Source: Saprolegnia diclina VS20
Taxonomy: Eukaryota
Direction of reading: 5' to 3'
Length of the DNA stretch: 64,000 nt
Assembly: GCF_000281045.1 (NCBI RefSeq)
Contig: NW_008246124.1
Location: 245,629 to 309,628 of the forward strand
Each line of letters opens with the position of its first letter. Position 1 is the first letter of the stretch. The notes under the pieces are model-generated. The model worked only from the letters and a program-made list of their open reading frames with translations, was not told the origin of the DNA and did not search any database. Positions 21,301-36,300 of the stretch are shown here, one piece after another. The position numbers were made by a program, and so were the translations under genes.

Positions 21301-24300
21301 GCTCCCGATGGTGGCGCCCGTGACATCGACGCGGCCCGTACCAGCGATGCCGCCGCCATCGCGACCGGCGCGGCAGAGGCTAACATCGACTTGACCGGTC
21401 ACAGCTCCGTCCGCAATGTACAGACCACCCCCGTCCGTCGTTGCGCTGTTTTCAAGAATCGGCGACTGCACTAGCGACAGCGTACTGCTCAACACAGCGA
21501 CGCCGCCGCCGGTGGCTTGACTGCTGCACCTCGATACGACAACTCCAGTCATGATGCTCGACGGACTGTTTACTGTCGCCACGCCGCCGCCGTTGACACC
21601 GGCCGAACAACCTTGAACGGTGCACCCGGTCAGCGTCGCGCCGGCCGTGAGCAGGACGCCACCACCGTAGCGCATCGCCGTGTTCCCGACAATAGTTGCA
21701 TCGGAGAGAGCCGACGCATCCAAACTGACGCCGGCGCCGTCGGTCGCGCGGTTGTTGGCGACAGCGACATTAAGCGTGGTGGCGACCGACGCGCGCACGA
21801 GATGCATGCCGCCACCGGCGACGGCAGCCGAATTCCCAACGATGTTGGCCCCGACCATGTGCAGCGCCGAGGCATTGCCCATGATGCCGCCGCCGCTGTC
21901 CGACGCGATATTGAGCGCTGCCTCGAGGTTTGTCAGCGTGATCCTGCTGTTCTCCGTGTACACGCCGCCCCCCGCGCCTACGAAATCGAATATGAGATGC
22001 GGTCGAGCTCGGATGGCGTACGCGCTTGGTTCTGGACGACGGTAAGCGCGTCATCGGCCAGAATGGCCCCGGTGGCAGAATAGAAGTACATGCCGCCACC
22101 GGCCCCGAGAGCATGGTTGCTCGAGAAAGTCGACCCGCTGCTGTTGAAAACAAAGGCACCCGCGAGGTAGAGGCCACCGCCGTTGCCGGACGCAAAGTTG
22201 TCGAGCACAACCGTGGTAGCCCACGCAATTTGAGTATACCCGCCGAGAACACAGGCGCCGCCACCGTTGGTCGCGGCGTTGGCCGTGATTGGGACGTTGG
22301 TGATCGCGGCCAAGTCCGAAGACGAGCCATTGAGCGCGAGGCCGCCACCACACACGCTCGCCGTGTTGTGCGAGAGGACACTGGCCGAGTCGCCCGAGAT
22401 GCTGCCGGTGTCCTGGGTGAAGATGCCGGCGCCGTACCCCGCGACGTTGGTCGTAATGACGGCGCCCGTCAAAAAGAGCCGGCTATTCTTGAGATAGACA
22501 CCGCCGCCGAGACGCGCGGTGGCATTGGCGATGATCGAGTTGTTAAGTGTCATGACCGACTGGGCATCGAGGAAGACGCCGCCGCCGCTACCAGCCGCTG
22601 TCGTGTTTTGGAGCACGACGTCCGTAAACGTGACGCGCGAGCCGTGAGCGAGAAGCCCTGCACCATGACTCGCGCTCGTCGCCCGCTCCAGCGTTATACC
22701 GGTTATGACAAGCGCGCACCGCGTTATATCGAGCCCAAAGGTGCCGGTGCACGTCACGATGGTCACATTCGAGCCTCGCAGCGACGTGATTGTGACGCGT
22801 CGCTCGGTGAACACATGTCCGCAACTCGCCGCGCCATAGTTGCCAGGGTATACGAATACGGTGGTGTCGTTGGTGGCGACTTGCAGCGCTCGCGTGAGCC
22901 TACACAAAACACGTTCTTAGTGGCATGTGCGTCGTTGCGCAGGGGCGGACGTGGCAAATGGCTTGGCCGCGGTGCCTGCGATTTCCGAAGTGCTCATCAT
23001 TGCGCCTGTGCCCAAGGCGTCGTCGCCGGCATTGGCATCGACGAGCAACACTTGCGAGGACGGTAGCCGGCAAATGTCGTTGTCGCAGACCTTAGGGTCG
23101 ACGCAACATACGAGGCGGTTGCTGCAGTCCTCCCCCGTGAACCCTACGTCGCCGCGTCATTTCGATTTTACCATAATAAAAGAGGGTACCGAGGTTGCAA
23201 CTGCACGTGCCGTCCGTCCTGCAGCGACCATGGTCGGTGCAAATGACACCGGCGGTCGTCGGGCACGTCCCAGCCGTCGCCACCGGGGCGTCCGTGCTGG
23301 CAATGTACCGAATGGAGAAACCCGATTTGGTGACCGAGGCGTCCGATCGCAAGGTGATCCGGACGGGCAGCGCGCCGTCGCTCCAGATGAAGAATGCACT
23401 GAGGCGCGTGCAGCCGCCGGCCCAGAGAACGCGCGACCCATCGTAAGGGAACTGTTCGACGCGAACACTGTCGTGGTCGCACTCGGTGTCGAAGCGGAGC
23501 ACCTAAACTTCGCGTTGAGAGCGCGAACTATACGTAAACTGAACCTCGAGGCGCAGGTTGCTGAAGGCGACCGACGGCGCAATGGTCCATTGCGTAACTT
23601 GGTTGTTGGTGTAGGCAGTTTGCGCGACGTAGCCATAGGCGGCGGTGCAGAGACTGTCGGACGTGGCCGTCGTCGCCAACGAGGCGGTGACACCGACGCT
23701 CTCGGCGCCGTGAACGTCGACAGATTTGAGGGTGTACGAGTAGGTCGTTGATGCCGTCAAGCCCGTGTCCGTAAAGTGCGGTGCTGAGACTGTCGCTAAC
23801 AAGGTGCCACTGCGGTACAAGGCGTACCGATCGGCGCCCTGCACCGGCATCCAAACCAGCCCCAGCCGCGTCGACGAGGCTAATAACAATGTCACACAGT
23901 GCAAACGCAGCGTCGCACGCACCGCAGGCGATCGTCGGTGCCGTTGGCGCACCGTTTCCGCTGGGTGTCTTGAGCGACGCGCTGTAGCTGGCAGGACTCT
24001 CGTCCAGTTGAAGGTTGACAGCCGTCTACTCGAGAAGGATGAAAAAGGAGAGACCGAACATCGCCGTACCAGCGTCACGGTATACGTCGTCCCGGTGCTC
24101 AGCCCCGTTAACGTCGTATTGAGATCCGTGCCGGCGGCGACCGTTTGTCCCAGGCCCGAGTTGACATTTGTGTACATCACTCGGTAGGTGGAGAGCGCGA
24201 GCCCCCCGAGGCTTGTCGGAGGATCCCACGCGACGAGCGCACTCGTGCCGGCGGGCGCAACGCTAACAACCACAACGTTGCGCGGCGCCGACGGTTTGGC

Positions 24301-27300
24301 AGAGAGTATCGTCTTGGTCAACGTAACCGAGCTCGACGGGGAGGCTCCGACAGCGTTGATAGCAACGACGTAGAACGAGTACGCCGTGTTGGGGGCCAGG
24401 TTGGGTACGATGCACGACCAGATCAAGCCGTCGCAGACCGTCGTGCTCGGAAGCTGTACCAGTCGAAACGAAGTCACGGGGGAGCCGCCTTCGTCGATCG
24501 GTGAGAGCCACGACAGTTGAAGAGAGCCGCCGTAGGCGACAACGAGCGTTGGCGCTGCCGGTGCTACGGGGGCCGTTGGTAGCTGGGTGACGGCCGCGTT
24601 GAGAGCGGACGGAGCACTCGTGCCGACCGGTGTCACTGCCGCTACGCCAAACTGGTACACGGTACTCGGATCCAAGCCTGCGACGACGACACTACTTGAT
24701 GATGACGCCACCGTAAGCCGACGGGACGTAGTAGGCGGCGTCGCTGCTTGACTCGCAAGAACCTGCGCGTACGTGACGTTGATGACGTTTTGGCCGTTGG
24801 CAAACACCCGATATGTAAGCGCCGCGGGATCGACGCCGCCAAGATCAAGCGGGGGCCTCAGCTGGAGACTCACGGCGCCACCCGTGGCCGCGACGACTGT
24901 TGGCATCGCCGGCAACTCCGGCGGCGACGGCTGTCCCGAGGCCAAGAGCGCGATCGGCGACTGCTCGCCGGACCCAATCATGTTTTTTGCCAGCACTTTG
25001 AACCGGTACGTTGTGAGAGCATTGAGCCCGTACGCGATATAGAATGGCTCGACCACTGCAAACCACATAAACGGGCCGCCGGCGCCGTCGTCCCGCGCGA
25101 TGAGATACGAAAGAATCGGCGAGCCGCCGCTGTCCGCCGGTGGTGCCCACGCCACTTCGATGCGACCGCCCGTCGTCGTAACGTTGTACGGCTGGATGCA
25201 GGGACCAGGGACACTGGGCCCCGTCGTTGAAAAGTTCCACGGCGTCGACCACAGCGACGTGTTGACGGCGTTCGTCGCGCGCAGACGCCAGCCGGTCGTC
25301 GTCGATGTCGCGAGCCCGGCCATGCGGTACGCTGGGCTTGGTCCTGTGTACACGGACGTCCAGCTGCTCGTCGGTGCGTCTTGCATCTGAAGCGTATACG
25401 AGTCGATGGACGCGCCACCCGTGTCGAAGGGCGGGCTCCACACCATCGAGAGTCCCGCGCCTGTGGCCAAGACGACGCCGAGATTCTCGGGAGGTCCAGG
25501 CGTCGACATGACCGTTGTCGTGAAGGAGGTGGCTTTGCTAAACACAGGGGCATAGCTGCTGCAGCCAGACACTGCGTTGACGGCGACAACGGCCACAGCG
25601 TACAGCGACAAGGGACTGAGGTTTTGGACGCGGATCGGTGCAGACGCCTGCAGCGCTGTTGGCGACGACCGAACGAGTGCCCCGACGGCTGATGCATTCA
25701 ACTAAGATCTACCGTCAGCGAAAAGTCGACAATAGTACCCACCGTGGTGTTGGATCCGTTGGCGAGGTTCAACAAGAGAACTTCGAAACCAGTGACAGGA
25801 ATACCACCTAAGAGATGCTGTGAGGAACAAGAAAAGCATCGACGATAAATGCAAGACCAGTGTCGGCAGGGGACGAGGCAGTGGCGTACATCGCGCCGCC
25901 CGTGACGACGGTCAGCATCGGTGCGGGTGGCACGGCCGGGTTGGTCGGATATATCGTCGTCGCGGTGATGACGTTGCTCATTGCACCGACCCGGTAGCCG
26001 GGTACTCGAAGCTGCGTTGCGTAAGCGTTGGCTTGCGTCACGGTGAAGAGCGAGCTTGTGACGGCGCCACCGACGGTAAACAACGACGTCTACATGGCAG
26101 GTGAGTGCTTCGCGTTATCAACATGTATGATATTCGAACCCCGAGGAGGATCGCGTTGCCCGTCGCGAGCACTTGGCGGCAGTCCATCGACGTCGAGACC
26201 GATGTAGCCGTGGCACTCACGTTGAACACCCCCGGTAGCAGCACGGGCCCCGCAGGGTTTTCGGCGAGTACGAGGAACGAGTAGTTGGTCGACGCCAGCA
26301 GCGGGGCCACGGCAAAGCGGGTTTGGGTGACGAGGCCCGCACTGTTGGCCTGCGCAAAACTCGACGCGGACGCTGCCTTGAAAAACACGTGGTAGCCGAC
26401 AATTGGTGCGCCGCCTGCCCACACAATCACAAGGTCAGGAACACCATATACATGCGTATCACTCGCACCCGTGTCCAGCGGCGGTGCCCACGTCACGGTG
26501 ATGCTGCCGCCGGTTGTTGCCGTCGGCGTCGACGAGAGAATCGGCGGCCCAGGCAACGTAGCACTGGTCGTGCTCAACGACGCCACGGCGCTGTAGGGCC
26601 CCCAGCCTTGCGTCAGCGCAATCGGGACGGCATTGAAGCACTAGAACCACTAAATTAGGCTCGAGACGACCGATATTGTCGTACCTGAATCTGAACAGGG
26701 TACGCTCGGCGAGCGACCAAGCCCGTGATGACAAACACCCGCGCGGCGTTGCCCGTCTCGACAACCTATCGATGACAATAATGTACACATTGTAGGGGCG
26801 CGTTGGACGCTACCTGCACCGTGTTGGAGGCATCGGTCCACTGCACGCGGTAGTTGAGAATCGGGACGCCGCCCGTGTCAAGCGGCAGGTCCCACTGTAG
26901 CGTGAGAGCACCGCCGGTCGCCGACGCCACCGCTACGTTCGTCGGTGCCGTGGCCAGCGACGCCGCGCCGGTCGTAAAGGTGACGTTGGGGCTTCGTAGA
27001 CCGTAGCCAATGAACGCCGACTGCGCGGCAGCGAGGCTGAGCGTGTAGGTCGTATTGGCCAGGAGACCGCCGATCCAGATACTGGGATTGTTGAGGTACG
27101 GCACGATCATGGTCGTTGAAACGCGCGTGAGTACGTTGGTCGTCGTCACTGAGAAGCTCGAGATGGTGGCCACCGCGCTGCCTCGGTTGATGGGTAGCTT
27201 GACCTGCAGCAGCACAGCGCCACCCGTCACCATTATAACCGACGGCGCTGGCGGGGCACCGGGCGCCGAGCTCGCATTTCCATTGTTAATCGTGATAAAC

Positions 27301-30300
27301 ACCTGCTGGATGTCACCAAGCACAGCGCCACCAGCGTACATGCTGAGAGCCACCGTGAAGCCGAGGCTAGGATAGCTGTAGATTCTGGTGTTGCGAATCG
27401 TAATGTTGAGGAGCGTCGGTGTGAGCTGGCGGTCGCCAAAGTCGAGCGGTGTCGTCGGGAGGCGGTAGTTGGTGCCCGGTGCAGCGACCTGCGCGTTCGA
27501 ATCATTATTTGCTGTTTTCGCCAGCACTTGGATTGGTGTGCTGGCGCCGCTGTAGCGCAACACCGGGATCGAAAGCATGCCCACCGTGTCGGCGACGTCG
27601 TAGTTGGCGGCAGCAAAACGCACCTTCCCGGCGTTTCCTGCGTCCAGTAGCGTCACGGTCATCGTTGCGTTGTTGGCACCGATCGAGGCGCCGCCCGTGG
27701 CGCTGACCAGTTGCAACACAAACGCCGACGGGATCGCGCGATAAATGCCGTCGTTGCGGATGCCGACGGGAACAACCACCGACGCCGTACCATCGGGAAA
27801 GGCCACGAGGAGCGTCGACTGCGTAGGCGCGCTCGCGTTCAGCACAAACTGAGTCCCCAGGTGCGTCGTGTTCGGTGCTTGCACCGCGACGGTGACGTCA
27901 CCGATGGTGCCGACAGCACGCTGGAGGACGACGGTAAGCACCGTTGCGTTCTTGATCACCGACGCCGCCGATGTGTTGAAGGAGAAGACACCGGGCGAGC
28001 CCGAGGCCGTGGACACCGTCACAGGGGGCGACCACGGTCCCGAGGCCGCTTGATTGGTCGACCATGCGCGGACTTGCACCGTGTACGCGGTTTCGTACTG
28101 CAGACCTAAGAGCGTGAGCGCAAGGGTGTTTAGCGTGCTCGCAGAGACGGTTGGCACGCCGGACGGACCCGCCGCCCGCAGCTCGTAAACAAGGAGTGTC
28201 GAGCCCCCCGTGTCCAACGGAGCTTGCCACGCGCAAGTAATGGTGCGCGACGTCACGGCGGTGACGCGCGGCGCCAACGCCAAGGGCCCAGGCGCGTTCG
28301 CCACGAGCGTCGTCGCCGAGGCGCTCGGACTTTGACCACCGAGTCCGAGGCTGTTGAAGCACGCGTACGTGAACGAGTAGGCTGTCGATGCGTTGAGACC
28401 GTACGCCGTTGCGTTGGCCGAACCGTTGAGCGCGCTCACTTGGGCCGCAGCGCGATTGCCTTGGTACAAGACAAACGACAACTGCGCGCCGCCGCCCGTG
28501 TTGAGCGGGACGGTCATGAGAAAGGTGGCGTTGCCGCCAAACACCGACATGAGAACTGGCGGTGTCGATATGTCTCCGGGGACGCTGAGCTGCGTCGTTG
28601 GCGTCGGCACGGTAGCATTGACGCCGGCGCCCACTCGGTTCACGGCCTGCACCGACAGCGTGTAGTTGGTTCGCGACAAGAGAAAATTGGCTTGGAAGGT
28701 CGGTGTCGCAGTCACCACGGCCTTGATGGTGCTGTTGCTGAGCATCAGCGTCGCGAGGTAGCTCAGCACGGGCACGCCCCCCGTGTCGGCCCCGGGCGAC
28801 CAATTGACCGAGACCTCACCGCCCAAGAGTGCAATGTTGAACGATGTGCAAGCGGACGGCACAGTCGGCGTTGACGTTGTTGCCGTCAGAGCGCTGCTTT
28901 GGTCGCCATATTGAAGGCCGTTGAAGCCAACGACAATGTACGAGTACGCCGTCGACGCGGTGAGGCCACCGGCATCGATGTACATTAGTGTAGTCGTAGC
29001 TTGGCCGATGCGCGCGCCATTGCGATATACGTAATATACGTTCACGGGTTGCCCCCCCGTGTCGAGCACTGGATCCCACGCAAGTGTCACAGCGCCACCC
29101 GTGGTGTTGACGACGCGAAGGCTCCTGGGGGCGGTCGGTGCCGTCGTCGATGTTGTCGTGACGACGGCGATCGGGCTCGGTGCACTGAGACCCACGGCAT
29201 TCTGGGCCTCGAGTAGAAACTGATATGAGGTGCTTTGAGCGAGTCCGTAGACGACATAACTCTGGTCGCTGGTGTTGGCCAGTAAGATCAACCCCGACGA
29301 AGTCACTTGGTACAAAAGATACGTCTGGATCGGAATACCCCCCGTGTCCATTGGCGGCGCCCACACCAAATGCAAGGCGCCGCCCGTTGCCTCTTGGAGT
29401 AGCGGCGCCGACTGGTTCAGTGGCAGCGTCGCAAGCGACGTCGTTGCGGTCACCGGTGGACTCGCCTCGAGCTTGTCAATGCTGCCGTAGCAGTACGACG
29501 CACTGTTGTACGCAATGACCTTGAGCGTAAATCTTGTGTTTTGCGTCAGCCCGCAGAGGGTCGTGCTAAGCGCTGGGGATGGAACGACGGCGCCGACGCT
29601 AAAGTTCGTCGCCTTCTCAGCGCTGATGAGCACATGGTACTCGACCAAGGGAAGACCGCCAGATGAAATCGGCTTCGCCCACTGGACAGAGAGACACCCG
29701 CCTGACTGCAGCTGCGTCGGGTCCAAGGCAAATCTTTGCGGCGTGGTTGGGATCGACGGGACGCTCGTTCGCACGTACGTTGGAGGGCTGAGATCACTGG
29801 TTCCCTGGGCACAACGATACGATGAGACGGAAGTGAAAATTCGAGCGACATACATTGGCGTTGGTGACAGTGTACAGCAGCTGGTACCACGTAAGGGCCG
29901 TCAGTCCGCTCACTACGATTGTATTCTCGGCGGCGTCAAACTGCGTGAGCACCGTCGTTATCTCGGTCGTAACCATAGTGCTGTTTGTCACGTTGATGTA
30001 AAGTGAGTAGGTTTGAATCGGGACACCGCCCGTGTCGCCCGGTAGCGGAAAAACCACTTGAAAGACGTCCGGGCCGACAGCCGGCGTCGTCGCAGGCAGT
30101 AGCCCAGTGGGCCGAGAGACGTTGCCCGTGGAGACGTCGATCGAGGCAGGCACACCGGCGCCAGCAGCGTTCAGTAGTCGGACCGCAACCGAGTAGTTGG
30201 AGTTGGCGGTCCAGTTGAGCCCGACAAGGCGCGCGCAGGACGATGCGCTCTTTGCATTATCAACAAGTATCAGGCCCGAGGCATCAAGGATGCGGTTGCC

Positions 30301-33300
30301 CGTGCTCGGAGCACCGCCCGTGTCGAAGGGCGGTGCCCAACACACGGTCACCGTACCACCGGTTTGAGTCGTCGTCGTGATGTTTCGTGGTGGTCCGGGC
30401 AACGACACGGGCCCCGTCGTGTAGCTGGTCGAAAAAACAGTCGACGCCCCCATGGATGGAAACCCCGCCGTGTTCCACATCGCACTCGAGACAGCGTACG
30501 AAGTTAGCGCACTCAGACCGCCGATGACAAAGGTCGGTGTCGTTTGGTTCTGCACGCTGAGAACCGTCATGCTCGGTAACTGGTACGTCGTCAAAGCGTA
30601 GAAGGCAATGGTTTGGCTTGCACCGCCCATGTGCAACGGCGGCTGCACAGCGACCGTGAGGAGACCGCCGGTTGTGTTCACGAACACTGGCGGCAACCCC
30701 GCGTCGTTCGCACCCGAAACGTCACCTTCGTCCAGCAGCCGCAGCGAGGCCACAGAAAGCGACCCCAGCCGTCCCAAGCTGCCAGCACCGATCTGCAGTT
30801 GAATGGTCGTCACTCGGTACGGCATGTCGTAAAGATCATTGGGAATTCCTCGCACCACGAGCACAGCGGACGACTGGCCATCCGCAAAGACGACAGTCGG
30901 TGACCCAAACGCTACCATCGGGGCGCCGACAACCGAGGCGGCGACGGTGACGGCGCGGCTAAAGCCACCGGTGCGCACGAGCGAAAGCTCAAAGCTGGTG
31001 GCGTTTTCGTTCAGCGTATACACAGACGACCCGAACGCGACTTTGCCGTCGTCGCCAGCGTCGAGGAGGTATACGGTACACGCTGCATTCGCGCCGACGC
31101 TGCCCGTCGCCGAAGTCATGTCTGTGAGCGTCACGGCAAAGCTGGCGAGGTTGTTGTACACCGTGTCGTGGAAAATTGGAACCGAGAACGACTGGAACGT
31201 GATGCCGTCGGGAAACTCCACCGACGTCGTGCTCGGCAGCGCAAAGTCGACATCGAGCAGCGCACTGATCGCCGTCACAGTTACGTTGCAGCCAATGTCA
31301 CCAGCTGCCCCGTTTGTCCGGAGCACTGTTATCGAGACTGTTCCTTGGTCTTCCCGCACCGATATTGTCGCTGACGCCATCTGAAGCTCACCCGGGTTGG
31401 CTTCGTCCGTCGTAAAGCTCACGGGCGCCGACCAGGCGCCAAAAGACACGACATTTTCGGCGGCAACTTGGACCACATACGTGGTGGCTGCTACGAGACC
31501 ATCAATCAGAATTGCCGACACTGACGTAGAGAGGGTTTGGAGCACTCCAGCGTCCGACGCGACGGTAACGTTGTACCCGAGAATCCCCCCCGCGTCGCCC
31601 CCCGTGTCCATCGAGACCGCCCACGACAGAGAGAGCGTTCGATACGACTTGGACGACGCTGTTAGACCCGTCACAAGCCCCGGCGCCGATACGGTCGTTG
31701 TCATGACGTTGAGCACGGGGCTGTGTACGCTTTCGCCCGCAGCATTCACTGCGGTCGTCCAAAACTGGTACAAACTCTCGGCAGCAAGCCCGGGAATGGT
31801 GACGGCAAACGCTTGCGTCGCATTCTTGTAGACGTGAGTGACCAGCGCCCCCGTCGAGTCGAGCTGATATAAGCGCATGTCAACGCTGCCGCCGCCAAGG
31901 TCGAGTGGGAGGCGAAGCCAGAAGTCCACGCTGCCTCCCCGCACAGCATGCTGCTGTGGCTCCAACGGCACGGACGGCACGGACAGCGGAAGAGTCGTCG
32001 TCCGAACCGTTGATGGCGTGCTCGACCCGGTGCTCGTGCTCACGCTCGCCACGATATCGTAACTCGTCGAGGCACTGAGACCGTAAAATGACGAATTTGC
32101 CTGCGTCGTTGTCACGTTCGCAACCACGCCCGACGCCGTTGTGACGACGAGGATCGAAAGTGCACGCAGCGGCTGACCACCAAGGTTGTCCGGCGGACGT
32201 AATTGTACCAGGAGCATACCGCCCGTGACTACCAGTACCGAAACGACGGGAGGCTGCGGCAAGTCTGGCGTCGCCAGCGTTGACGCAGACACCGAAGCCG
32301 CCCCGCCTTCAAAGTGCGCGCTCCTTGCCGACACCGTGTACAAGTAGGTCGTGCCGTTGGAGAGGCCGTTGGCGTCCGTGAAGAACGTCATGTTGAGTTG
32401 CCCAGAGATGAGAAGAGCGTTGCGGTAGACGTTGTAGCCCACAAGCTCGTCGCCGCCAGTGTCAACGGGGGGCTGCCACGCCAACGCGACGAGCCCGCCT
32501 CCAATCGATGCGACTTGCAGACTCTGAGGCGACGTCGGTGGTGTCGGTGCGCTCGTCGTTGCTTGCAGAGGATCGCTCCAGCTGCTTGCGCCGACGATGT
32601 TGACAGCGGCGACCTGAAAGATGTATATTGTTGACGACGAGAGCCCATACACCTGGTAGCTTTGAAGCGTCGCTGGCAACGCTGCCAAGACGACCGTTGT
32701 TGAGCCAACGCGGCGAACCAGAGTGTAGTTGGTGACTTCCGAGCCTCCATTGTCATACGGTTGACCCCACGCAATCTTGACGGCGCCGCCGGTAGCACCC
32801 ACTTGGACAACAAACGTTGGTGGTGTCGGTGCCCCGGGGTCCAGTGTGCGCACAAACAGCTCGGGACTCGGCATGGAGTCGGCATCGCTGCGACAGGCCG
32901 ACACCGGGTTGAGGGCCACGATGGAAAACGCGTAGAGCGTGTCGTTGGTCAAGCCGGTAATGTTGAGCTGGGACACGGGCGGCACGGCATCAGACAAGGC
33001 GACGTCCGCAACGACCGTCGACGCGGTCCACTGGACAACGCCAAACACCGACACGACATTGGCGCGCAGGAGCACTTGGTACCCTGTGAGCAGCGGTGTG
33101 CCACCAAAGTCAGTCGGCGGCGTCCAACTGAGCCAAACGGTGCCCCCCGACACGCGAACAAGCACGGGAGTCGCCGGCGCACTCGGAAGGGACATGACCG
33201 AAGCCGTCAATACCGTCTGGGAGCGGCTCGGCAGGCTCGCACCCTACACACAGTTTGCGCATGGGCGTTATGTTTCGACCAAACACTGTACCAGCGCGTT

Positions 33301-36300
33301 TGTCGCCACCGTGTAGACGCTGTACGCAGTGTTGAACGCCAAACCGTAGATGGTACACGAGAGCTGAAGCCCCGAGCACGCGCGCACCGGCGACGCCTTG
33401 CCCGACGCCAAGTATAACGAGACGTCGAGAATGGGGCCACCCCCCGTGTTCCGTGGCAACATCAGAGTGAACGACAGCGCGCCGCCCGTGGCGTTGACTT
33501 GGACCGGTGTCGGTGGCGACGACGGCAACTCCATCGCTGCCGTTGTGACTGGAACGTACACTGGCGCACCCGTAGGCATGCTGGGCGCTGTGATCGCGCT
33601 GACGGCAAACACGTAGCTCGTAACGGCTGCCAGATCGTACGCAACGTAGGTCGTCGTCACGGGCAGTGTCACAGTTGGAAGTCTCGGTGCCGACACGACG
33701 TAGCCCGAGAGGGGGTAGCCCCCCGTGTCGTTGGGCGGCGCCCACGTCAGCGTCGCAACACCACCGCCAACGTTGCTCACCGACGCGTTTTGTGGCGAGC
33801 TCGGTGGTGTCGGGGGCGTCGTTGAAAACATCTGCGCCGGTGTCGCTGGTCCGACGCCTGCAGCGTTGGCCAGTGCCACCTGCACGACGTAGTTGGACGA
33901 TGGCGTGAGGTTGTAAACAACAATCCCTGGTCTCAGCGACGTGACTACGATTGGCGACTGGACTACAGTGCCCGCAACACCCGCGACGGATACACGGTAG
34001 ACACTCGTGGGCGTAACGCCGGCGACAGGCGGCGACCACTGCAGCGTCAGTGTGGTGCCCGTAGCTTGCGTCATCACGACGGTTCCGCACAGCATTGGCA
34101 CTTTGACGATGCTCGGGTCGTCGAGGACCGACACGTTGACAACCACGGCTGGCATCGGTGGTACGTTGCCCACCGGGAGAAGACTGAGCACAAGCTGGAA
34201 CTTTCGACCGCTGGGGTTGTACTGTCGACTCTGCGAGATGTTGGTTACCAAAATCACGCCCGTGGTCTGTCGTGGAGCAAAGACCACTGACGTTGGTGGC
34301 ACCCCGACGTCGACCCCAACAATCGCAGTGCCGTTCAAGGGAGTCACCGTAGCATTGAGGAAACCACTCACACCGCCGACACGAGCCAGAGCAATCGACG
34401 CAGTCGACGCATTTTCGTAGAGAACGACGGTAGCCGGCGCCTGGATCGATCCCGAAGACCCATAAAGGTACACAATGGCCGTCGTCGAAGCATTCTCCGC
34501 CGATGGCAGGGTGATGTTGATCGTATGCGGGACATCAGAGACCACGAGGCTGTTCCACGTCTCCAGCGTCAAGGCATGCGTCACGTTCCCAGCGTCAAAC
34601 GTGATTGACGGGGTTGTCGAGGTCGTGGCCGAAAACGTGCACTTCGTCGCCGACCCTGTCGTGGTGCACACGGGATAGAGTCCAGTGGGAGCAGTTGACA
34701 CCGAGAACGGCACGACGAGCTCCCCTCGAGCTCCGTACAGTCGCTCGAGCGTCAGCGTTGTGCTGTTTCTGCCGTCCATCAAGTAAGCCGCCGGCATCAC
34801 AAACGACGCCACACCTAGAGTGATCTTTAGTTTCGAAGTCGCCTCGGAGTATGGGGCGCCAACCTGGTTGGTCAAGCAGAGTTGCAAATTGAGCTGTCGC
34901 CACGGGGCTGGCTCCTTGAGGCGTGAGAACTTGCAGGGATACGTTGTAGGTCGTCGCAGCGTCGAGGGCGGTGAGCGACCACACAGTCGAGTTGGCCGCC
35001 GACGCTGGTACCGTCGTATTGCGAACGACGCGGCCGGCGAGCGACACGGTGGCTTGAAACAGCCACGAATCTTCGGTAAAGTTGGCCGGGGGCAAGAGCG
35101 CGAGGCTCAACGTGAATGTCGACGCAGCGAGGAGAGAAGCACTCGGGAGCCCCGGCAGTCCCGTCGTCGTGGTTGCCGTTGCCATTATGAGGTTGCTTTT
35201 GCCGGCGTAGTTGCTCGTCCAGACGACGACGGTGTACATTCTTGATGGCGTGAGACCCCCAACGGCAAAGCTCGACGCCGTCGACGGGATCTCAAGCATC
35301 GGCGACAACGGCATCGGTGCGTCGATTGGATACCAGAGAGCGTAGTGCCACAAGACGTTGGTGCCGCCAGTGTCGCAAGACGGCGCAAACGAAAACGTTA
35401 GCCCCGTCGCCTGGGCGCGCACCAATGAAATCGAGGGTGCCATCGGTGGCTGCATCACCGACGTCACGGTCGTCGTCGACGCGGACGGTCCCGCGCTCAC
35501 CGAGTTGACAGCCGTCACCGTGTACTCGTACGTAGCTCCAGCGAGAATGCCACCACAGTCGGTATAAGTCGTCGCGCCCGACACGGAGCCGACGACGGCA
35601 CCGTTGCGTGCAACCGTGTACTGAAGCGTCGACGAGCCATCGCCCGAGTCCTACGATGACAAGTTAAAACTGCCGGCGTGGATGAACGTCGACGCACCAA
35701 GGGAAAGCTCCAGAACACATTGATGACACCACCCGACACGAAGGCGGTGGAGAGGTTGAGCACGGCGCTCGGTGGCGTCACCGCGCTAGCACAGAGTTGA
35801 AATGAAATGGAGAGCGCAAGGGAGAGTACCTCGTGAGCACGACAATGGGCGCCGAGGCCGCACCGGTACCAAGTGCATTTGAGGCCACCACAGTGACTGT
35901 AAAGTACGTCGACGGCTGAAGCCCGTATAACGTGCAGAAAAGCGTGCTGCTGCTGCACGCGCCAACGACGTTGTCGTCCGCAAGTACGGTCGCCGAGTAC
36001 ATGAGCGCGTCACTCTGCCCCCCCGTGTCCTCGGGTGGACGCCACGCGAGCTGGAGGGCGGTGCTTGAGACGGACGCAATCGCAATGCTCGTCGGAGGAC
36101 CGGGTACTGTCGCATTCGCCGTCGTCAACAGCGCAAATGCTGCTGGCGACACCAGCCCAAAGATGTTGCGGACCCGGATTGTCACTTGATATATGGTGTT
36201 GGCCAGAAGACCCGAGATCGTCGCGACGGGACTTGGTGGAAGCGGTAGCCACGTCGGCGATACTGACGCGCTGCTTGCATTCACTTGCATTTGGTACTCT

